Assembly: GCA_002269645.1 (NCBI GenBank) | Contig: NIVC01001607.1 | Location: forward strand, 62,001 to 126,000 | Direction of reading: 5' to 3' | Source: Macrostomum lignano | Taxonomy: Eukaryota | DNA: 64,000 bases | Shown here: piece by piece, positions 25,378-36,792 of the stretch | Layout: every line of letters starts with the position of its first letter | Position numbering within the stretch: the first letter of the stretch is position 1 | Made by a program: the position numbers and the translations under genes | The notes under the pieces: model-generated | The model's input: the letters and a program-made list of their open reading frames with translations, nothing else | The model's database searches: none | What the model was told of the DNA's origin: nothing

Positions 25378-25690
25378 CTCTATCCGTCTGCACAAACCCC
25401 CTCTATCCGTCTGCACAAACCCCCTCTATCCGTTTGCACAAACCCCCTCTATCAGTCTGCGCCAACCCCCTCTATCAGTCTGCGCCAACCCCCTCTATCA
25501 GTCTGCGCCAACCCCCTCTATCAGTCTGCGCCAACCCCCTCTATCAGTCTGCGCCAACCCCCTCTATCAGTCTGCGCCAACCCCCTCTATCCGTCTGCGC
25601 CAACCCCTCTACCCATCTGCACCAACCCCTCTATCCGTCTGCGCCAACCCCCTCTATCCATCTGCGCCAACCCCCTCTATCCTTCTGCGC
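25378..25690. repeat. Minisatellite, 23-bp unit, ~13 copies, in ENaC intron 2
   Basis: Unit ccccctctatcagtctgcgccaa. Confidence 0.95.
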
Positions 25691-25792
25691 CTCTCCCTCC
25701 CCCCAAGCAAACTAAGACACTCGAGCGATCCTCGAGTCTCGCAGCCTGTTCGGTCAGCGCTGGTAGAGCTTAGTGAGTAATCTTTGGCTCAC

Positions 25793-26238
25793 CTGGCTCG
25801 ATGTGCACGCCACCGTGGTCGATGTCCGGGTGCAGGCCGGCCTCGTGCAGCAGAAGTCGCAGCCCGTGCGCCTGGTCGAAAACGTCCATGACAAAGGCGC
25901 GCTCCCAGGGCGAGGTGACGGCAGTCTGGCTGTCGCCGAGGCTCAGGATGAGGTACACGGTAGATAGTCGACGCGAACTTTCGGGTTCCAGCGGCACCAC
26001 CGAGTAGCAGTTAAAGTAGCGCGGATGCGACACCAGCTGGAAGCGGAGTTGGCACTCCTTGGCCTTGCCAACCATGGCGTAGTTTCCGACGGTGATCATG
26101 CAGTGCAGCAGGAAGTCCTCGGCCGTGTGGCCCATGCGGACGGCCAGAGGAGGCGGTAGGTTCTGGTAGTAGGTGCTGACTTTGTCGTAGAATAGCAGAG
26201 TGCTGGCATGGCGGAACTCCCCGGCTAGCAGAAGTGAC
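25793..26238 (-). CDS. DEG/ENaC subunit, exon 2
   Basis: Acceptor aacccag|G (phase 2) and donor CCA G|gtgagc (phase 1). Reads …MGHTAEDFLLHC…HPRYFNCYS…GLRLLLHEAGLHPDIDHGGVHIEPG (palm-domain motifs). Confidence 0.88.
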
Positions 26239-26286
26239 CTGGGTTCGCATATTATTCAGTGGGAAATTTTTGTAACACAGTGTAGG

Positions 26287-27360
26287 CTCCCCTCCTCTCT
26301 CCCTCCTCTCTCCCTCCTCTCTCCCTCCTCTCTCCCTCCTCTCTCCCTCCTCTCTCCCTCCTCTCTCCCTCCTCTCACCCCTCCTCTCTCCGCTCCTCTC
26401 TCCCCTCGTCTCCCCTCCTCTCTCCCCTACTCTCTCCGCTCCTCTCTCCCCTCGTCTCCCCTCCTCTTCCCCTCCTCTCTCCCATCCTCTCTCCCTCCTC
26501 TCTCCCCTCCTCTCTCCCCTCCTCTCTCCCCTCCTCTCTCCGCTCCTCTCTCCCCTCGTCTCGCCTCCTCTTCCCCTCCTCTCTCCCCTCCTCTCTCCCT
26601 CCTCTCTCCCCTCCTCTCTCCCCTCCTCTCTCCCCTCCTCTCTCCCCTCCTCTCTCTCCCTCCTCTCTCCCTCCTCTCTCCCTCCTCTCTCCCTCCTCTC
26701 TCCCTCCTCTCTCCCTCCTCTCACCCCTCCTCTCTCCGCTCCTCTCTCCCCTCGTCTCCCCTACTCTCTCCGCTCCTCTCTCCCCTCGTCTCCCCTACTC
26801 TCTCCGCTCCTCTCTCCCCTCGTCTCCCCTCCTCTTCCCCTCCTCTCTCCCCTCCTCTCTCCCCCCTCTCTCCGCTCCTCTCTCCCCTCCTCTCTCCCCT
26901 CCTCTCTCCGCTCCTCTATCCCCTCGTCTCCCCTCCTCTCTCCCTCCTCTCTCCCCTCCTCTCTCCCCTCCTCTCTCCCCTCCTCTCTCCCCTCCTCTCT
27001 CCCCTCCTCTCTCCCCTCCTCTCTCCCCTCCTCTCTCCCCTCCTCTCTCCCCTCCTTTCTCCCCTCGTCTCCCCTCCTCTCTCCCCTCTCTCCCCTCGTC
27101 GCTCCTCCCCTCACTCCTTGCTTATCTCTCTCCCCTCCTCGCTCCTCCCCTCACTCCTCGCTTATCTCTCTCCCCTCCTCGCTCCTCCCCTCACTTCTCG
27201 CTTATCTCTCCTCTCCTCTATTCTCTCTCCCATCCTCTCCCCCCTCTCTCATCTCTCATCTCTCATCTCCCCTCTCTTCTTTCTTCTCCTCTCTCCGGCC
27301 CGCAGTCATGCACTAGATTGTATATACGGTCCTTAAGTTAAAAAAGTTTGGCAACCACTG
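26287..27360 (-). mobile_element. hAT-like end plus long CT/GA low-complexity tract (family copy 1, ENaC intron 1)
   Basis: Reverse complement from 27360 reads CAGTGGTTGCCAAACTTTTTT…GCATGACTGCGGGCC…AGAAGAAAGAAGAG, then ~1 kb of purine-rich repeat (26287-27295). Homologous to 29980-30247. Confidence 0.55.
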
Positions 27361-28810
27361 TTCTACGCTCGTATAACGAAGTCAGCGATTGATCATTGCA
27401 AAAAGAGTCGGAGAAGTAACGTAGGTGAAGAAAAAAGTATATTTCGGGTTCTAAAATAAAAACTACCTTCCTATACTTATATTTCAGGCTTTATTGAATG
27501 CGTGACTTATATGAAAAGGACAGTTGTTGAAGATCTCGGACACACGAACAGCAGGCGCACTAGGAGAGCACAGACATAGAAAAATTAATAAAATACCTCT
27601 ATAGAGCTGCTGGTGATATAGGAAAATGAGAGAGTAAGGGATATTTTAGTTGCCAAAGTATTTCCCCTAAAGCAGTGAAAATGGATCTTTACCAAACCCG
27701 GGGGCAGCCACTGCGGAGGTGAAACCAGCCTGCTGAGAAATGAACAAACAATGAACTCTAAGGGAAAACTTCAAGTGTTAAAAGTACACTCTGCTGCTGT
27801 ATAAACAGGTCTGCCAATGCAAAATTGGCTTTAGCTTCTCTGCATGCAGGAAGTAGCTGACGAACCAGAAATCCAAAACCGTAGCAAACTGGAACTATCG
27901 CGCGAAAATGAACATAGAGCGTTTGATAGAGAAATAAAGTCTAAATCTGCTTCCCTACTCTCGGATTGAAACCTTGACTACTGTCTCCCAAGAAGAATTG
28001 AATGCAAGAAAAGTACAGCTTCAACCGATTAATTTCCGATTCAGTTCTCGTGCAAGAAAATTTGGCTGTAGCGAGTTGGAGTTGAAGCGTAAATATGGTT
28101 TAACCTTTAGCTACTTCTTGAGCGCTTTCAGAGGAAAGCACAGACATGAGACATAGCCATTTATGCTCAGCAACATTGAATAGTCGCCACCCTTTGCCCC
28201 AATGAGCAGTGTCTTTCGACCACCACCGTCTATCACCTGTCCAATCATTTTGATATTAAAAATGCTCGAAAAACTCGATTAAAAACTCGAAAGTCAATAC
28301 TGAGCTAGAATTTACTGGGCACTCTCAAAGGTGGCGACTTTTTAAGGTTGTTCAGTGTATAAAAAATAAATACCCCCCCCCAGGAGAGACATCGTTGGAG
28401 ACATCGCAACAGCCTTGGAGACCTCGTCCCTGCGGTGAGGCAGCGGTGAGTGGGGGTTGGGACAACCCCGGCCAATGCTTATGCACAAGTCCCAAATGAA
28501 TATGACCGCGCAAGGTCCACTCCTGACTCATTATTGAAGCGTTCAAAAGTTATAAGACTCTCCCAGATCAATCAAGAGCACTCGTAAGAGAAAAAACTGA
28601 CTGAATGAATTCTGATTCTGATAAAGATTGCATCACAACCGGCTTTTTATTTATCATTAGTCTGAATTGTGACTCTAGGTCACTCTTGACTCCTTAGCGC
28701 TTGACTCATTGAGTCCTAGTTTCATAGCACGAGTCCCAGATTTTGGCTGGCACTTGATAGCAGGTACCACACAGACACATCATATCAAGCTCAACAGTAC
28801 CATACTTTAC

Positions 28811-29286
28811 CTAGTTAGATTTCTCAGCCTGCGACTGAAATTGGTAGGCGACTCGGCGAGCCCTGAGCTCCAGAGGCCGCGGGCTCGCTTAGCAAACGGA
28901 TAATGGCTGCAGAGCGTGATGGCTGGAAACGCGCTCGCCTCGTTTGCCGCTATTGACGTCTGAATGGCCACGTCGTACTCCAGGTAGTTGGCTAGCACCC
29001 GTGACGAGGAGTAGAGGAGAAGCGCCACCATTAGCAGCACGAACACCAACCATAGGCAGCGCAGGAACAGCGACTCGGCTTTGCAGATGCGCGGCACCCC
29101 GCGAAGGCTGCTGTTCAAGCAGAACAGGCTGCGAATCTCAGCGCAACGACTGACTCCGGCAGATGCAGCCGAAGCTGACATCCTTGACGGTGGAGCCGTT
29201 CGGCGACGCTCGCCGCCGCTTCTACGCGAGCTCGACGATTCTAGCCCTGTCGAAGTGAAAGTTGTTGCGAATTCGCTGTCCTGCAT
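28811..29286 (-). CDS. DEG/ENaC subunit, exon 1: N-terminus, TM1, FPAITLC (joined CDS 1704 nt, 567 aa)
   Basis: ATG at 29286. Reads FCLNSSLRGVPRI…LRCLWLVFVLLMVALLLYSSSRVLANYLEY…AFPAITLCS; donor AG|gtaaag at 28811/28810. All four exons join in frame (476+446+277+505 = 1704). Confidence 0.9.
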
Positions 29287-29979
29287 TACTGCGCCTGTTC
29301 GCTTCTCAGCTTGTGTGAGAGATTTGATTAATTTTTAAGCCGCGTTGTCGCCCACCATTGCGATTGGCCCGGGCTCGCTATTGGCTTTGGTCGCGGGAAA
29401 GTTGGAAAATCCAACTTGACTCCTGTTCATACTTCGCTTCAGCAATGAAAGCTGCAGGAGAGTTGCTTCCGCGATATTATTTCTCTCCTGCTATGAAATT
29501 TCATCTGTGCATTGTATTCTACCTCATATATTCACTGCTGACACGCCACACTCCCTTCTCTTTCTCAGCGCCCGTCACTGACACACATCACGATGTCAAA
29601 CAATCCGAAAACTGTGTCGGCTGCAAACTTCCAGCCAGTTCTCATCCCCCCCCCGGGCTGTCAGCTGGGAAAGTGACGTTGCCTTCTATTGCTTTATCCC
29701 GTCTATTATCATGATACACACATGAGGCCTGCACAGCTTATTAATTCCGTGATCCTTCCTTCACATAGGTGTTAGTGAACCGAATTTTCAGCTGTTAGTC
29801 CTTCTTTTTCAACGGAATATTAATTTTTAGCGTACTGTATATATTTATTTTCAAATTGCAACCATTTCGGACAGAAAATTGCAAGCTTTTTAAAGTAAAG
29901 AGGCATCAATTGTCTGTATTTTTGCGTGTGGTGGACCCCAAATCGGGCCGTTTTATCTTTTATGCTTGTGTGTGTGTAT

Positions 29980-30247
29980 CAGGGATCGGTAAACTTTTTA
30001 GCTTATGAGCCAGATATAGAATGTAGCGCATGACTGCGGGCCAGATGGGAAAAGAAAGAAGAGGAGGGAGATGAGATAGGAATGGAGAGAGGAGATAGGA
30101 GGGGAGAGAGGAGAGATGAGGGGAGACAGGAGATAGGAGGGAGAGAGGAGAGAGGAGGGAGAGAGGAGAGAGGAGGGAGAGAGGAGATAGGAGGGAGAGA
30201 GGAGATAGGAGGAAGTGAGGAGAGAGGAGAGAGGAGGGGAGAGAGAG
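29980..30247 (+). mobile_element. hAT-like end plus GA low-complexity tract (family copy 2)
   Basis: CAGGGATCGGTAAACTTTTT…GCATGACTGCGGGCC…AAAAGAAAGAAGAG, then a GA-rich tract (~30051-30247). Confidence 0.55.
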
Positions 30248-30420
30248 TAGAATTCCAGGTCTTTCTCTAAATGCATGTATAGCCTCGCACGCGCGCTGAC
30301 GGGCAGACATCTTCCAACTGTTTGCTTTTACTTTGTCCACCTGCTGCTAAATTTAGCCTGTGCTATACGAGTACGAGTTGGCAATTTAGTTCCGTGTTCG
30401 TTGATTTGTCCAACTGATAA

Positions 30421-30720
30421 TATAATAATAATAATTATTGATTACACCTGCCCAAATGGCCAGATGTGCAACCGACAGCTCAGTCACAGCTATTGCGCGG
30501 CGCATCTGAAGGCTGCGTACGGCTGTTCAGTCCAAGGACTGGGGGGTCGCCACACAGCCTCAATTACCCCAGCTAATTCTGGTACCCATTTTACAGCTGG
30601 GTGAACTGAAGCAATGCAGATAGTTAAGTGCTCAAGGACGCAAATTGTTCCAGTAGGTCGAGATTCGAACCTCCGACTTTTCAGTCGTGAGTCCGACGCT
30701 CCAACAACTAGGCCACAACC
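30421..30720 (-). mobile_element. tRNA-derived CORE-type SINE, copy 1
   Basis: Minus strand has an A-box-like TGGCCTAGTTG, B box GGTTCGAATC, CORE-like GTCCTTGAGCACTTAAC…CAGTTCACCCAGCTGTAAAATGGG and an (ATT)n tail. Homologous to 55796-56090. Confidence 0.82.
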
Positions 30721-31845
30721 AATCACAACCTGGTTGTCCTACTGGAATGAAAAGCGGCAAAATTTGAGTCTGCTTTCGCTACCAGATAAAAATCCTTAGC
30801 TCAAGGCGAGAATTTATAATTCAAAACAATTATTTAAAGCTTCGTACATCATATTGCATAAGCCTTGCTTTGATGTGCATCTTGCTGGCGGTGGGGTTGA
30901 GCACCAACTCAGAGTTCTGTGAGTAGTCACCGAGTGTCTCTCTTTTCTCATTGCTTTCGCATAGTGTCTATTAATTATTGATTTCCCATTGAATTGTACA
31001 GGATTGACCCGCCCCTTGGAATGTTCATTCCTTATTCCTTGTGCATGTATAACTGGTGTGGTTGATTTTTTATGTCTGTGCAGACGTTTATCCGTCTTCT
31101 AGCTCGTACTCATACGCCAATCAAATCTTCCTCAGTTAAAATTTCACTAGAATTTCGTATGCTTTCGAATTTTCATTTAGAATGAACAGAAAATGCATTT
31201 GTAATCATCACTGAATGCTTCTACATTTTCCTTTATGCTAAAATTGGCATTCAAAAGCTCGCAGCATCAATTTTCTTAAGCTCGGGCAGGGGGGGGCGAC
31301 TAAACGGCAGGGTATGGATCGAGCGGCTAGAGTATGAAAAAGCAGCCAAACCCAACAACGGCGCGGAAATTGCTGGATCGCAGCTTTCACAGGCACACCC
31401 CGGATGGATGGCAGTGCGTGAATTGGATAAAATGCTATTGCATTAGCGATTCAGGCTATGAAACACAGATCCTTTTAGACCCTAGGTGTCTCGCTCGGCT
31501 AGCTATGGTTTGCTACTGTTTGATGGGCCAACACTCAAAACTGGCAATACCATCTACCATGCCATCTACCAAGTTCTGGAGTAGGTTTTACTCTCTAAAC
31601 ATATCAGCACGTGCTATTCAGTCAAGCAATGTCCAACTGCGATCAAGCATACAGGGTGCTAAACTGTTTATAACCGTTGGTAAAAACCGAAGTCCTTTCC
31701 GACGCTGTGGATTACTATTATTTATGCTGATTGTCATTTAAAAACCTTCTGCTTAAACTCTGTTTTTAATCGAAATATACGGTGTTTCATTCGTTTTTAG
31801 ACTTAATTCTGCTCGGGGAATTGTTTTTGCTTTAATGTACGTTGG

Positions 31846-32260
31846 TCTCTCTCTCTCTCTCTCTCTCTCTCTGGGTGCCATATCGACGAAGGACATCGGC
31901 GACCACAGCCTTCCAGAAAGCACGGTCCATTGACGTGTGAAGTATTTCCAGGCTGTTCAGGTTCATCCATTGAGACAGATTCTTTAGAAAGGTTACTCGC
32001 TGTCTTCCACGATCTCTTCTTCCTCCCTTCCTCATAATATGGCGAAAGAACTCCAGCTGCTGTTTCTGAATGTTCGTCATCAACTTCCTTCTGCAACCAG
32101 CTCTTAGCAGAACATCTTCATTCGCGGTGACTGGTCCAGCTCACTCTCAGGTGCGCCTTAACAACCACAACTTCCATTTCTCGATTATTCTTTCCATTGC
32201 TGGTGATATTGTCCAGCACTCCGACCCATACGAGTATGTGAGAACGTTAGTACGTATTGA
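31846..32260 (-). mobile_element. RTE-clade LINE 3' fragment with (GA)n tail
   Basis: Reads YGSECWTISPAMER…W, then MTNIQKQQLEFFRHIMRK…RGRQRVTFL…DRAFWKAVVADVLRRYGT followed by a GA microsatellite (31846-31872). This is the typical RTE ORF2 C-terminus. Confidence 0.8.
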
Positions 32261-32490
32261 GGTCGCTTAGAGGGCAATTTTATAACATCAGCGCTACAAG
32301 TCTGACAAGTGATAAACGAATACTGGCAATTTTATGAAGCACAGATTATTTCTTTTAGTCATTTATTCCAAATTCGGAGTTTTCGTGTGATAGTGATGCG
32401 AAATCCAATTTTTCGAAGCTTCTCTCCGTCTACCACAGGTAATTTTTAGGTAGGTCACCTCGAGGTTGGATAAAACAAAGAGCAAAAGCC

Positions 32491-33452
32491 ATGAATCTTC
32501 TTCAATTTTGGAAATTCAACGAAGAACCTGTCAACCGTGTAGAGAGAGTCTTCATTCAAAGAACGTTCTTCGAGGACGACGACATGGATTTTGTGCAGCG
32601 CTTTCGTTTGAGCAGAAACACTTTTGAAGAGCTGAAACGCCTGATCGGACCCGTGCTTCAGCACCAAACACACATAGCTTTGCCTTGACAACGAAGCAGC
32701 AAATACTGACAGCGCTAGCTTTCCATGCAGAAAACTCACTCTACCTCTAGAGGCGCGCATGGACTGTCCGAGGCAACAGTTGGTCAGGGTGTTGCTCGTA
32801 AAGCGTGTCTCTTAAGCCATTACTGATACATTGTTTCAAGACGTTGTGCGCTGGCCCCAGCAAGATGTGGAGAATCTGGCAGTAGAAGTTTTCCAGCTTG
32901 GTGGACTGCCTTGCATCTGTGACGCAGTGGATGGAACATTGATCCAAACTAGCCCCCTCCCCATCTGAGAATGAAGCTAAGCTCGTGGAAGAAAGGGTGG
33001 ACACATTCGCTGAGCGTCATGGTTGTCTGCAGACTGAAGTGCCAACTTTTCTACGTTAATTCTGTATGGCCAGGTAGCGTGAACGATGCCCGCGTGCTAC
33101 GGATCTCTAATGTTTACAACTAGCTTCGTTTTTTCCTAGGTATACCCTGCTGGTGACGATCAATCTACCCATGCTTTCAGTGGTTGATCCCCCCAGGAGA
33201 AACGCTTCAATTAATACAGAAAAAGCTTGAAGGCCTATTCATTTCTAGTTGTCCCTGGGCCTGCTAAAAATCCGATTTCCATGTCTGCGCACGTTGAGAG
33301 TCAAGGGACCCACGTGCGCCAGTGAAATTGTGAAAGCCTGTTCAGTGCTGCACAAATTGTGCATCGTACACGAGGATGCCATCAATGACGGTGTAGTTCA
33401 ACAGTACTTTTCAGAAGTTGAGAACTCTGCGATTGGTGCTCAGGAACAGTAG
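32491..33452 (+). pseudogene. PIF/Harbinger (HARBI1-like, DDE_Tnp_4) transposase remnant
   Basis: Fragments across frames: FVQRFRLSRNTFEEL, QQILTALAF, GLPCICDAVDGTLI, VMVVC…VNSVWPGSVNDARVL, and LGLLKIRFPCLRTLRV…IVKACSVLHKLCI. Many stops and frameshifts. An 18-bp perfect inverted repeat lies at 32298-32315 / 33533-33550. Confidence 0.82.
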
Positions 33453-34371
33453 CCGTGACTGTCAGATGTAGCTGCTCACTTTCAGCAACTCCCTCTATCA
33501 ATTGGCTCTACTAGGCTGTTTAATTGGTCCAGTTATCACTTGTCAGACTTTTAGCACAGATTATTGTTAACTCGTTTAAAATAACTATGTGAAGTTTGGA
33601 TTTCCAATGAGTAATTTTGATTTAGGGCCGGATGCAATTGCTTATTGCAAGGACTGCTGTTCACTGTATATATACTAGTGAATTGTCAGAATCCAGCATA
33701 ATCGTTTTCTTGATTACAGAGTCTGGAAGGTTAATATGAAGCACGAATCGAAGTTATATTTCTGGACGCAATATAAATTCCCGATTCATATTAGCTGCAT
33801 TGATTGAATTGTCTAAGGTCGAAACAGGACTTTCAGTTAATGGTGGGTGTCTGGAAGTGAGAATTCATGGTATATTATGTTTTCTCACTTCCAGCTAACT
33901 TCATTGGTCAATTTGTCCATCAGGATCCGAGTGGGAAGGGGGAATGGGGGTGTGGGAGCGAAGCCCCCACTTTCAACCATAGACTATTTTATTTTACGCT
34001 CATAGACTCGTTCGTTTTCTAAAATGTAATCCCGATAAATTGCTTTATTGTCAATTTCAAACAATGATCGATCATTGCTTGAATGTCATTGCCTTAACGT
34101 AAATTACCATAGACATTTTGAACAATGACCAGCCATTAAGCAGAGGTCATTACTGCATGTGAAGTGAAATTTGGCTCAATAAAACTCTGTTGCCATTACG
34201 AGTATAACAAGTTTGAATTCCTTTGCTGGTCTCTCAGTCAAGTTTGCTTAGTCAGAAACTTGCGTATTGTCACTGGTCCAGCCTGTCTTTGTCCTGTAGA
34301 AATTCAAATTTTAAAGGGGGCTTCAATATACTGCTTAATAGTCGGTTTTTCTTACTTAAATGTCTATGGCA

Positions 34372-34513
34372 ACGCACGAGTGGTCCGGATCACGTGGCCC
34401 GCCAGTTGAAGCCGCTGCCGACTCAGGATGATGGACGGGCGTAGCAGCTGGGCCCTCTGGTACAGGGTCTCAAGCCCGACGCTCTCGTCAGCTCGAAAGG
34501 CCACACGGAGCAA
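34372..34513 (-). mobile_element. Short LINE ORF2 C-terminal fragment (RTE-like)
   Basis: Minus strand reads LLRVAFRADESVGLETLYQRAQLLRPSIILSRQRLQLAGHVIR; RLQLAGHVIR resembles the post-RT R-L-x-W/L-x-G-H-x-x-R motif. Confidence 0.6.
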
Positions 34514-35835
34514 AAAATGGTCTTCAACTTTTTCATATAGACATATTTTAGATAGGACTGGCCGATTTCATTTGACCCATTTGGTTCAGTCGGTGAGCCG
34601 GTGAGAGTTCAAGTTTTACAAATCTATTTAAAATAAATTCAATTGTTTTCTGTCACTATTTCCAAGCAATACAGAGAAAAGGCTTCTGCAAGTTGTTCAG
34701 TCGGCTGCGCTTGACACGAAAAAATACACGCGTAGTTAAATTGTTCATGAGTGTAAATATTGGACCATCATTTCATCTCAGACGTAACAGGTATACATTT
34801 TTGAGAAAGAAATACAAGTGAGAAATTGCAGTTACATTGACGATTTACAATGTCGCGACCATATGCTCGTGGTAAGAATTCAGTCCATGTGCAGAACAAA
34901 AAAAATTTTCTGCTAGATTCTATTGACAATATTATTTTCGACGCAGTATTGGTTTTTGGCAAAGTGCAAACAGCTAATATTAGTAATAATAATATGAATA
35001 TCGGGCTTAAAACTACTAGATAAATTGAGTTTACAGGCGCTATTAAAAAAATTCTTATGCAAAACAACAACAAAGCAAATTGACGGTGCACACGTGGAGA
35101 GATTTTTTATTCCAAAGCAGCAATTTCATTTTTCGGTAAACAACGTATTCTACTATTAGTAGAAACAAATGAACTTGCATAGAAAAACTGTTTGACAGAG
35201 TTATAGGACCTTCAATTTCGGGCAAGGAGGCGTAAGCCACTGAAATAATAACTGATTTAGTGCATTCATAATCTGTTTTAGCGTTACTGCCAGTACGATA
35301 AGGTATACGGTAAGCATACAATCAATTGTGAGTGTTATATATGCTATTAACTACAGCATTTTCTTGAGTCGGGGATATATTGAATATAATCATGCGAAAG
35401 CTATAACACACGCAGCAGACATCTAGATACGAAGGTACAGTATAGGCAGCACAGCGTTGGTATTGCAGGAGAATACGATAGTGTTCCATTAACAGGGACG
35501 CAGCGTTCAATTCCAGGAAGGATTGAATAGCCAGGGACCACTGTAGTATAACAGGACGTAACAGCAACCTGACCCCGCCTGAACGGACCCTGCAAGTTTG
35601 ACTTAAGTTGTGTATGAATTTTTTCATAACATAAATACTATAACTTCGACTCCGAATACGGCATTGAAATGAGGAAAATTTAACGAAGCAAGACTGAAAA
35701 AAGTGACTTAGTCTCCGAGGGAACTTCAACAACTTGCTTATTGAAGAGCGCCTCATAAGAGTGGAAAGCTGCCACTTGAGTAGCTTTGCAGACGGTGTAC
35801 CGAATTCGATAGGCGGTTGGTAACAACGGGCCAAA

Positions 35836-36792
35836 TCAGACAAACTCGCCCGGGTCGTCATCGATCGAGTTCAGCGGCTGAGCGTGCGGGTGCGTGTTAG
35901 GCAGGCGGCGCTTGGCCGCTGAGGCCGCCGCAGCGCCGCGGCCGGAGCCCGGTCCCCGATCCCCGACTTGCGGAGCGGACGGCGGCAGCGGCTCCTTGAG
36001 ATCGTTGGGTAGGCCGATGGACAGCATGCAGCGGCCCTTGTACATGAGCCAGAGGGCCTCAGTGACCTCGCTGGCGACCAGTTCGCCGGAGTTCTGTGCA
36101 ATCAGCCGCAGTATGAACACGCCATCCGGGCGCAGGTACTCGTCGACGAACTGGAAGCTTTTCTTCTTGTCACCCGGTTCCAGAATGTTGCGCAGCTTGA
36201 GAAACTTTCGCACAAAGTGAGACCGATTAGTGCGAAATACTGACTTGTAAATCCAGAACATGAAGCTGCTAATGCTGACCACTGACACTAGGATCATCCA
36301 GAACCACAAGAAGATGTAGATCTTTTCGTTGAACATGTTGATGGGCAGGACGCACTGCACAGTGTGCCTGTGATTGTTGGCACCCACCCGGCGCACGTAG
36401 AAATCGCAGAGGGTGATGCGGGGAAAATTGCCGCTCTCCTCCCACTGTCGGCCCTCCGCGAGATCTCGCAGCAGCTCCAGTCCGTAGAAAGTGTAGTTGG
36501 TGCCCAGGTACTTGTTCATCAGGAAAAACTGTCCGATGACATTGCAGATGTAGCAGGCCTTGCAGATTAGATACAGGCAAACTAGAAAGTTTCCGTAGCG
36601 CTTGCCGAACCAGAAAAAGCAGCAATTTTTGGCTACGCACTGCCTGAGTTTGGTTGCACAGCCTGAGCGGTACTCGCGATGCGAGCCGAGCGAATCCTCG
36701 ATATGCTTGGCAACATAGCGCACGCTGGTCTGCCGGCTCAGAGGATCCTTGATCATCTCCACGTCACAGGCCACCTCCATTATGTTTGACAA
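35836..36792 (-). CDS. inx: Innexin A, exon 2 (TM3, second extracellular loop, TM4, C-tail)
   Basis: Acceptor attgcag|TTG (phase 0). Contains YLICKACYICNVIGQFFLMN, WEESGNFPRITLCDF and TVQCVLPINMFNEKIYIFLWFW. Confidence 0.95.
   Translation of the reverse strand: MSNIMEVACDVEMIKDPLSRQTSVRYVAKHIEDSLGSHREYRSGCATKLRQCVAKNCCFFWFGKRYGNFLVCLYLICKACYICNVIGQFFLMNKYLGTNYTFYGLELLRDLAEGRQWEESGNFPRITLCDFYVRRVGANNHRHTVQCVLPINMFNEKIYIFLWFWMILVSVVSISSFMFWIYKSVFRTNRSHFVRKFLKLRNILEPGDKKKSFQFVDEYLRPDGVFILRLIAQNSGELVASEVTEALWLMYKGRCMLSIGLPNDLKEPLPPSAPQVGDRGPGSGRGAAAASAAKRRLPNTHPHAQPLNSIDDDPGEFV

Noticed and set aside
27360-29980. Composite transposon capturing ENaC exon 1 between the two hAT-like ends
   Set aside because: The CAG termini face outward from exon 1 rather than enclosing it, and no shared TSD is visible.
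30640-30720. tRNA genes at the SINE heads (also 56020-56090)
   Set aside because: A and B boxes are present, but they continue into a shared SINE body and tail, and I could not build a full cloverleaf with an acceptor stem.
35322-35861. 179-aa minus-strand ORF directly after innexin A
   Set aside because: No recognisable domain, AT-rich composition and overlap with the innexin stop; probably 3' UTR.
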